From the NCBI GenBank assembly GCA_964016885.1, contig OZ024742.1, forward strand, positions 320,602,001 through 320,666,000: 64,000 nt of DNA. Reading direction: 5' to 3'. Origin of the DNA: Eledone cirrhosa (taxonomy: Eukaryota). Below, piece by piece: positions 53,855 to 64,000 of the stretch. Numbering within the stretch: the first letter of the stretch is position 1; every line of letters begins with the position of its first letter. Under the pieces are notes generated by a model, which did not search any database, was not told the origin of the DNA, and saw only the letters and a program-made list of their open reading frames with translations. A program made the translations under genes and the position numbers.

Positions 53855-54641
53855 ATAATTGTTTCTACTATAGGTACAAGGCAGCAATTTGAAGGGGAGG
53901 AGAAAATCGATTAAATCGACTCCAGTTCATTACTGGTGCTTTATTTTATCGACCTCGTAAAGATGAAAGGAAAATTAACCTCGGAGGGATTTGAACTCAT
54001 ACCGTAAAGGGCCATAACCCTATGCTGCAAAGCATGGTGTCCGACGCTCTACCGATGCTGTCAATCAATCGCCCTCCACTACTGTAATATAAGTGTTTCA
54101 GCAATTACCCAGTGCATTACTGGTACTTTATTTTATCGACCCCGTAAGGATGAAAGGCAAATTTAACCTCGGCGGGATTTGAACTCAGATAATAAATGGC
54201 CGTAACTCTGCTGCAAAGCATTGTGTCCCACTCTCTACCGATACTGCCATATAATACAATATAATATATAAAAATATAAATATCATATGATATAATATAA
54301 TATAATTGTTTCTACTTTAGGCACAAGGCCTGCAATTATCCCAGTGCATTACTGGTACTTTATTTTATCGACCCCGTAAGGATGAAAGGCAAAGTCAACC
54401 TTGGCGGGATTTGAACTCAGATCGTAAAGGGACGTAACTATGCTGGAAAGCATGGCGTCCGACCCTCTACCGATACTGCCAATCCACCGCCTTTTATATA
54501 ATATAATATAATGTAATATAATTGTTTCTACTTTAGGCACAAGGCCAGCAAATACCCAGTGTATTACTGGTACTTTATTTTATCGACCCCGTAAGGATGA
54601 AAGGCAAAGTTAACCTCGGCGGAATTTGAACTCAGACTGTA
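53855..54641 (-). mobile_element. Four head-to-tail tRNA-derived SINE copies
   Basis: Units at about 53855-54074, 54099-54249, 54301-54491 and 54518-54641. Confidence 0.9.
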
Positions 54642-54769
54642 AATACATTAAACGATGTAATAATAATACTATAGGATGCAATCTTAATGAATTCTTCGTG
54701 TATTTGCCATTCGTCAAGAATTAAAGAATCAAGAGTCAAGAATCATGGAACAAGAGATAAACCATTCAA

Positions 54770-54980
54770 ACACACACATTTACACACACCACATACACAT
54801 ACACGTAAACATGTACACACACATCACACCACACACGTAAATATGCACACACATATGCATCAATATACACAGATATACACACACAAACTCACACACATAT
54901 ACACTTACACATACAAACAGATACTCGCGCACACTCAGATACACATAGACATACACATACACATATACACACGTAAACAT

Positions 54981-55017
<37 letters not shown>

Positions 55018-55376
55018 CACACAAATATACACTTACACATACAAACATATACTCGCGCATACACACAGACACACACATATAGACACTCATACACACACAT
55101 ATACACATATACATCACATACACACACATACATATATATATATAGGCCCATACAAACATACAAGCATACACACATACACGCACACACTGCACACAGACAC
55201 AAACATACACAAGCTATCTCACGCACGGGCACATACATATACATATATATACATACTCTCAGTTTGGCTCACACATACACACACCCATACAAACATACAA
55301 TACACATGCAGGTACGCACGTACACACACACACACAATACACATGCAGATACGCACACAATCACACACACACACAC

Positions 55377-55435
<59 letters not shown>

Positions 55436-55595
55436 TACACACATACACACACATGCAGATACGCACAAACACACTCACACACTCACACACACATCCACAT
55501 CCACACACATACACACACACTCACACACACACACACATATACACATCCACATCCACACACACACGCACACACACCCACTCAAACACTCACACACT
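54770..55595. repeat. Cryptic CA-rich tract
   Basis: Directly visible. Confidence 0.9.
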
Positions 55596-55889
55596 AGAGA
55601 AAAAGAAACAGCGAAAAACAAAATTGAAACATCATTAAAATTATTAAACTACAAAATTAAACGACGACAACAACAACGACGACAACAACAACGACGACAA
55701 CAACAACGACAACAACAACGATGACAACATCAACGACGACAACAACGACGACAACAACAACGACGACAACAACAACGACGACAACGACAACAACAACAAC
55801 ACAATCAAATATGTCTTCAACACATGTGCCCATGCACCACAACAGCAACAACAATAGCAACGTGCTTTATTAACACTACGAAATCTCTA

Positions 55890-58800
55890 GACATCAACAT
55901 TAACAACATTAGCAACCACACCAACAACAATAGCAACAACAACCACAACAACAACCACAACAACAACCACATCAACACCAACAACAACACCAACAACAAC
56001 ACCAACAAAAACAACCACATCAACACCAACAACAACACCAGCAACAACCACAACAACACCAACAACAATAGCAACAACAACCACATCAACAACCACAACA
56101 ACACCAACAACAATAGCAACAACAACCACATCAACACCAACAACAACACCAACAACAATAGCAACAACAACCCCAACAACACCAACAACAACACCAACAC
56201 CAAAACCAACAACAATAGCAACAACACCAACAACAACACCAACAACAATAGCAACAACAACCACATCAACACCAACAACAACACCAACAACAATAGCAAC
56301 AACAATAGCAACAACAACCACATCTACACCAACAACAACACCAACAACAATAGCAACAACAATAGCAACAACAACCACAACAACACCAACAAAAATAGCA
56401 ACAACAACCACAACAACACCAACAACATCACCAACAACAACCACAACAACAGCAACAACAATAGCAACAACAACCACAACAACACCAACAACAATAACAA
56501 CAACAGCCACAACAACACCAACAACAATAACAACAACAACCACAACAAAACCAACAACAATAACAACAACAACCACAACAACACCAACAACAATAACAAA
56601 AACAACCACATCAACACCAACAACAACACCAACAACAATAGCAACAACAACCACATCAACACCAACAACAACACCAACAACAATAGCAACAACAATAGCA
56701 ACAACAACCACATCAACACCAACAACAACACCAACAACAATAGCAACAACAATAGCAACAACAACCACAACCACACCAACAAAAATAGCAACAACAACCA
56801 CAACAACACCAACAACATCACCAACAACAACCACAACAACAGCAACAACAATAGCAACAACAACCACAACAACACCAACAACAATAACAACAACAACCAC
56901 AACAACACCAACAACAATAACAACAACAACCACAACAAAACCAACAACAGTAACAACAACAACCACAACAACACCAACAACAATAACAAAAACAACCACA
57001 TCAACACCAACAACAACACCAACAACAATAGCAACAACAACCACAACAACACCAACAACACCAACAACACCAACAACAATAACAAAAACAACCACAACAC
57101 CAACAACAACACCAACAACAATAGCAACAACAACCACATCAACACCAACAATAGCAACAACAACCACAACAACAACCACATCAACAACAACAACAACAAC
57201 AACAACAACCACAACAACACCAATAGTAACAACAAAAACATCAACACCAACAACAATACCAACAACATCACCAACAACAACACCAACAACAACACCAACA
57301 ACAATAGCAACAACACCAACAACAACACCAACAACATCACCAACAACAACACCAACAACAATCACATCAACACCAACAACAACACCAACAACAATAGCAA
57401 CAACAACCACAATAACACCAACAACAACACCAACAACAATAGCAACAACAACCACAACAACACCAACAACATCACCAACAACAACCACAACAACAGCAAA
57501 AACAATAGCAACAACAACCACAACAACACCAACAACAATAACAACAACAACCACAACAACACCAACAACAATAGCAACAACAACCACAACAACACCACCA
57601 ACAACAACAACAACAATAACAAAAACAACCACAACAACACCAACAACAATAGCAACAACAACCACAACAACACCAACAACACCAACAATAATAGCAACTA
57701 CAACCACAACAACACCAACAACAATAGCAACAACAACCACAACAACAATAACAACAACTACCACAACAACACCAACAACAATAGCAACAACAACCACGAG
57801 AATAGCAACAACAATAACAAAAACAACCACAAAAACACCAACAACAACAGCAACAACAACCACAACAACACCACCAACAATAACAACAACAATCACAACA
57901 ACACCAACAACAAAACCAACAACAATAGCAACAACAACCACAACAACACCAACAACAATAACAACAACAACCACATCAACACCAACAACAATAGCAACAA
58001 CAACCACAACAACACCAACAACAACACCAACAACAATAGCAACAACAACCACAACAACACCAACAACAACACCAACAACAATAGCAACAACAACACCAAC
58101 AACAGCAACAACAACCACAACAACACCAACAACAACACCAGCAACAACCACAACAACCACAACAACACCAACAACATCACCAACAACAATCACATCAACA
58201 CCAACAACAACACCAACAACAATAGCAACAACAACCACAACAACACCAACAACAACACCAACAACAATAACAAAAACAACCACAACAACACCAACAACAA
58301 TAGCAACAACAACGACAACAACACCAACAACAATAGCAACAACAACCACAACAACACCAACAACAACACCAGCAACAACCACAACAACAATAGCAACGAC
58401 AACCACAACAACACCAACAACAACACCAACAACAATAGCAACAACAACCACATCAACACCAACAACAATAGCAACAACAACCACAACAACAACCACATCA
58501 ACAACAACACCAACAACAACAACCACAACAACACCAACAACAATAGCAACAACAACCACATCAACACCAACAACAACACCAACAAGATCACCAACAACAA
58601 CACCAACAACAACACCAACAACAATAGCAACAACACCAACAACAACACCAACAACAACACCAACAACAACACCAACAACAATAGCCACAACAACCACATC
58701 AACACCAACAACAACGCCAACAACAATAGCAACAACAACCACAACAACACCAACAACAATACCTAGAACAATAGCAACAACAACCACATCAACACCAACA

Positions 58801-60660
58801 ACAATAGCAACAACAACCACAACAACACCAACAACAACACCAACAACAATAGCAACAACAACCACAACAACACCAACAACAATAGCACCAACAACCACAA
58901 CAACACCAACAACAACACCAACAACAATAGCAACAACAACCACAACAACACCAACAACAATAGCAACAACACCCACAACAACACCAACACCAACAACAAT
59001 AGCAACAACAATCACATCAACACCAACAACAATAGCAACAACAACTACATCAACACCAACAACAACACCAACAACAATAGCAACAACAACCACAACAACA
59101 TCAACAACAATAGCAACAACAACCACACCAACACCAACAACAACACCAATAACAACACCAACAACAATAGCAACAACAACCACATCAACACCAACAATAA
59201 CACCAACAACAATAACAAGAACAATAACAACAACGACCACAACAACACCAACAACAATAGCAACAACAACCACAACAACACCAACAACTTCACCAACAAC
59301 AACACCAACAACAATAGCAACAACAATCACATCAACAACAACACCAACAACAATAGCAACAACAACCACAACAACACTAACAACAACACCAACAACAATA
59401 GCAACAACAACCACAACAACACCAACAACAATAACAACAACAATAACAACAATAACCACAACAACACCAACAACAATAGCAACAACAACCACAACAACAC
59501 CAACAACATCACCAACAACAACACCAGCAACAATAGCAACAACAACTACATCAACACCAACAACAATAGCAACAACAACCACAACAACACCAACAACATC
59601 ACCAACAACAACACCAACAACAATCACATCAACACCAACAACAACACCAACAACAATAAAAACAACAATAACAGCAACAACCACAACAACACCAACAACA
59701 ATAGCAACAACAACCACAACAACACCAACACCATCACCAACAACAACACCAACAACAATAGCAACAACAACTACATCAACACCAACAACAATAGCAACAA
59801 CAACCACAACAACACCAACAAAACAACAACCACAACAACACCAACAACAATATCATCAACAACCACAACAACACCAACAACAATACCAACAACAACCACA
59901 ACAACACCAACAACAATAACAACAACAACCACAACCACACCACCAACAATAGCAACAACAACCACAACAACAATAACAACAACAACCACAACAACACCAA
60001 CAACAACACCAACAACAATAGCAACAACAACCACAACAATACCAACAACAACCACACCAACATCAACAACAATAGCAACAACAACCACAACAAGAACCAC
60101 ATCAACACCAACAACAACACCAACAACAATAGCAACAATAACACCAACAACAACAATACCAACAACAACCACAACAACACCAACAACAATAACAACAACA
60201 ACCACAACAACACCAACAACAATACCAACAACAACCACAACAACACCAACAACAATACCAACAACAACCACAACAACACCAACAACAATAACAACAACAA
60301 CCACAACAACACCAACAACAATAGCAACAACAACCACAACAACACCAAAAACAATAGCAACAACAACCACAACAATACCAACAACAATAACAACAACAAC
60401 CACACCAACACCAACAACAATAGCAACAACAACCACAACAACACCAACAACAATAACAACAACAACCACAACAACACCAACAACAATAGCAACAACAACC
60501 ACAACAACACCAACAACAATAACAACAACAACCACAACAACACCAACAACAATAGCAACAACAACCACAACAACATCAACAACAATAGCAACAACAACCA
60601 CAACATCAACAACAATAACAACAACCACAACAACACCAACAACAATAGCAACAACAAGAA
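55890..60660. repeat. 4.8-kb AAC-based compound satellite
   Basis: Recurrent unit of about 33 bp (aacaacaccaacaacaatagcaacaacaaccac) with variants; followed by (CTA)n. Confidence 0.95.
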
Positions 60661-60682
60661 CTACTACTACTACTACTACTAT

Positions 60683-60717
<35 letters not shown>

Positions 60718-61254
60718 TAGTACATTATTTTTTATAAAAGTAAAAACAACAACATTATCATCAACAAAACCATCATCATCAACTACAACAGTAACATCAA
60801 TAATTACTGTAACAACATCAACACCAGGAACAACAATAACTACAACAACAATTACAACAACGTAAACTACATACTTTAGCACTGATACCACCACAACACT
60901 GAATATCTTTCTATCTTGACTAACAACAGAATCGCCATAACCGTTTTATTGTAACAACTACAACAGCAACAACAGCAACATTTGCCCGGATAGAATTTAA
61001 TAATATTACCGGAGGACAATCCATTCTCCACCAACATTACCACCAACGAAACCCTTCGTTCCACCTCCTCACCGCCACCGCCACCGCCGCCACCGCCACC
61101 ACCACCACCACCGCTACCAACATTGTAAAGATACTCAATAAAGGAGAAAAGATGATTGTTTAGCTGTTTCTTCAAATTAGCAGAATGGATTGATAACATT
61201 TTAGAAATTTTAATAAACATTATCATATTATCTCATGTATAACAAAGAGAGAGA

Positions 61255-61398
61255 GACACACTCATACAGTCACACACACTCATACAGTCACACACACTCT
61301 CATACAGAGACACACACTCATACAGGGACACACACTCATACAGTCACACACACTCATACAGTCACCACACACTCTCTCATACAGAGACACACACTCAT
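61255..61398. repeat. Minisatellite (cacactcatacagtca-type)
   Basis: About 7 units visible. Confidence 0.85.
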
Positions 61399-61879
61399 AT
61401 AAATTAATAAATTTCAGAGAAATACAACAGCTACAACAACAACAACAATGATAATAATAATAATTATTATTTCTGATTTAAGCAAAGGGCCAACAATTTT
61501 GGGGTCGGAGGAGAGTCGATCAAATCGACTCCACAACGTTATTGGTACTTTATTTATCGACCAGGGATACTTTATTTTATCGATCCAGGGATACTCTGAT
61601 TACAAAAGACGTTTCTTCTCTCAATTTTAGAGGGTAAACGCGCTAATTAGGGCAAAGGACGGGCTAAAAAGCGCCAATATTTTATCAAAAGGCGCTAAAA
61701 AGCGCGTTAAGATTAAAAAAATAATAATGGATGAGCATTGGTTAGGCAGCAAACATTGCTGCTAAAACATTTAAAACAGTTTTAAAAAACATAAACCTGG
61801 TTGACTTGGCTTATATCTAATAAAAAATCGAAACATTCTGAATCAAAGCTCTCTTCTAATATGTGTAAGCTGATGTCAA

Positions 61880-63330
61880 CTTTTTTTTCCTGGAGTCATA
61901 TTATAGGCATCTATTGTTATTTTCTGCAAAATATCCTCGGAAATCTGTAACTATAGCAGCATTTTACATCACAATTTAGACCATATTTTACGTATAAAAT
62001 TTCGCTCAAATTCTTTAAACTCATTCGATTGCACAATTTTGAATGAACAATATTAATAGAACATCAGCGTTTGAATGCGGCAAAATAAGTACTTTTATTG
62101 CTAAATCAGAAAGTTCTTTGAACGTATTTTCTCCGACAGAATCTCTATACATAGAAACTTCTATCTAAAATAAAATCGTATTTAAAACTTCAACCTGGGA
62201 TACATTTTGTAGCTGTTGCCATTGAAAGACTATTTTAATTATTTATGATCTCGTCATTTATATTTAAAATATTCAGGTTTGAGAGGCTTAAATCATTCAA
62301 GCGTACCAGAATATTACATGGAATCTACAACCTTGAAATTATCTGCTTAATTTGATCGATGAAAAATTTAATGCATCATTTCTGCATTTAAAGTTATGCT
62401 TGTTGAGGAAATTTACTTTGCAAATTGGAAGCCGATGTAGGTTTTGGGGTCTACAAAATCTTACTTAAATGTTTTCCTGGTATAATAATAATTGAACTAA
62501 GGGAATCTATAAGATATTGTAAATCACTTAATAACTTAGTCAAATCTTGTGTTTGAGTCTCAAAATTTTATTAACTTTTTCATGAGGAAGTATTTGTTTA
62601 AAATGTACGTAAAAACAAAGTTCTTGTCGCTCCACAAAAAATACAGAATTTCGGCTATATAGCCTCTTTTTACATTACTGATTATACTAAAATGGCAATT
62701 TAGTTCAACCCACTGCTTCATAGTCTTGTAACAATTTCGATTAAGAATCAAGTTGTACTACTCGAGAACAAATTTAAGGGTAACTTACCGTCTCTTATTG
62801 AGGCAAATAATTGTTTATACTTTGCAAAAGTATAAACAATAAGTTTTCTTAACTATGTACTCTAGATGCCAGGTGTTGCAACTTGCTGATAGTATCAATA
62901 AAAAGATCTATTGAAACATTGTTTTTTCCTTGGTCCAATCTGACGGTTAGCTCTTTTCCTTTTTTTTCTGAACGGAAGATTTCTGTAGAAGCTCCTAAAG
63001 AGTCTTTCTTTCAACCACTCCAATGTACCACATTTAGAACATTTCTCATTCCTCTTTCCCGCAGAGTTTATTACAATTCCATCGTTCGTCAATTGTCTGA
63101 TGTTTGGAAAGTGTCTGGACAAGCTTGTTTAGTATGTTTGAAGCAGATATTGTTCTTTTCCTCACAAAAATATTGTTTTCTTCTGTCTCTTTCTCGACCG
63201 TGTGCTGTTTTATTTCAATTTTCCGTGTTCCTTTGCAAAACATGCCATGTTATTTCATCATGTATTTATTAACTTTGCTCAGTAGCGAGCAAATTTATTC
63301 TTTAAGCGCTGCTAAAACGCATCATATCTA
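61880..63330 (-). pseudogene. Degenerate hAT transposase
   Basis: Region 62000-62160(-) reads YRDSVGENTFKELSDLAIKVLILPHSNADV...KLCNRMSL (hAT dimerisation motif); QWVELNCHF lies upstream. Boundaries are uncertain. Confidence 0.65.
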
Positions 63331-63794
63331 GATGACTTCGCTCTTAATCAGCAACAATGGCCTTCTCCCATTTGAGTTCTCCGACCTCCACATGCATGCT
63401 GAGGGCCAATCAAGGAACCTCACAGATACAAGGATTCTTTTCATTACTAAGAGTAAATTCTGTTTCCTAGCTATGTCCTCCTACCTCAAGATGCCTGCTC
63501 ATTAACTCGTTTAATATTCATCATTCTCACCTATGTTTCAGCAAATTTGCTGAAGAGCAGACAGGTTCATTATTCACCACTATTTTCTTTTAAAGTGGAA
63601 CTTGAAGCCGATGAATTTCTGATGCACACCGTAATACATTCACCAACCATCCCCCACCACAAACACCACAAACACCACCACCACAACAACCGCCACTATC
63701 ACCAGTGGGATCGAACCCGAGATCTCATGATTGCGAAACACATTTTGTCACTCACAAGGCTTTGATCGGCCCCAGACGATAGTAAAGACATAAT

Positions 63795-63882
63795 GACGCT
63801 TATTCAACATGTCACGCTGTGGCATCGAGCCCAGATCCTCAACATTGCAAAGCGAACTGTTTAACCATTCAGTCATGCCTGC
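63795..63882 (-). mobile_element. Degenerate tRNA-derived SINE head
   Basis: gcaggcatgactgaatggttaaac...gggctcgatgccacagcgtg, with eroded A and B boxes. Confidence 0.45.
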
Positions 63883-64000
63883 TTGTTCCAGACACAGCCC
63901 ATACAACGCCACCAGGCGGAGGAAATATATAATTAAAAGGACAATAGACAAGGGTTGTTTGTCTGTTTCAACGACATCTGAGACGACTTAGAAGTTATCT

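Noticed and set aside
55817-60657. Poly-Leu and poly-Val ORFs as membrane proteins
   Set aside because: They are antisense frames of the AAC satellite, which inherently lacks stops.

Overview
AT-rich eukaryotic DNA saturated with microsatellites and transposon debris; I see no host protein-coding exon. The SINE families and repeat style suggest an octopus/cephalopod genome (inference). Almost all ORFs in the track are translations of (TA)n, (CA)n, (GA)n or (AAC)n repeats. Recognisable elements: one near-complete and three truncated Penelope-like retroelements of Naiad type (RT + GIY-YIG), CRE, RTE, Tx1 and CR1 LINE fragments, tRNA-derived SINEs including a 4-copy tandem, non-autonomous Helitrons including one nested in another, hAT fossils and MITEs, and a 4.8-kb AAC-based satellite. 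The most striking signal is non-coding: about 25 type I hammerhead ribozyme (HHR) motifs, some of them degenerate, from at least 10 distinct sequence families. They sit in short (TA)n-flanked pseudo-LTR (pLTR)/retrozyme-like units, often as long fold-back inverted repeats. Several families have non-canonical cores (CAGAAGA, CCGAAGA, UUGAGAA) or a stem II of about 105 nt. All folds were read by eye, none was computed, and coordinates may be off by a few nt.
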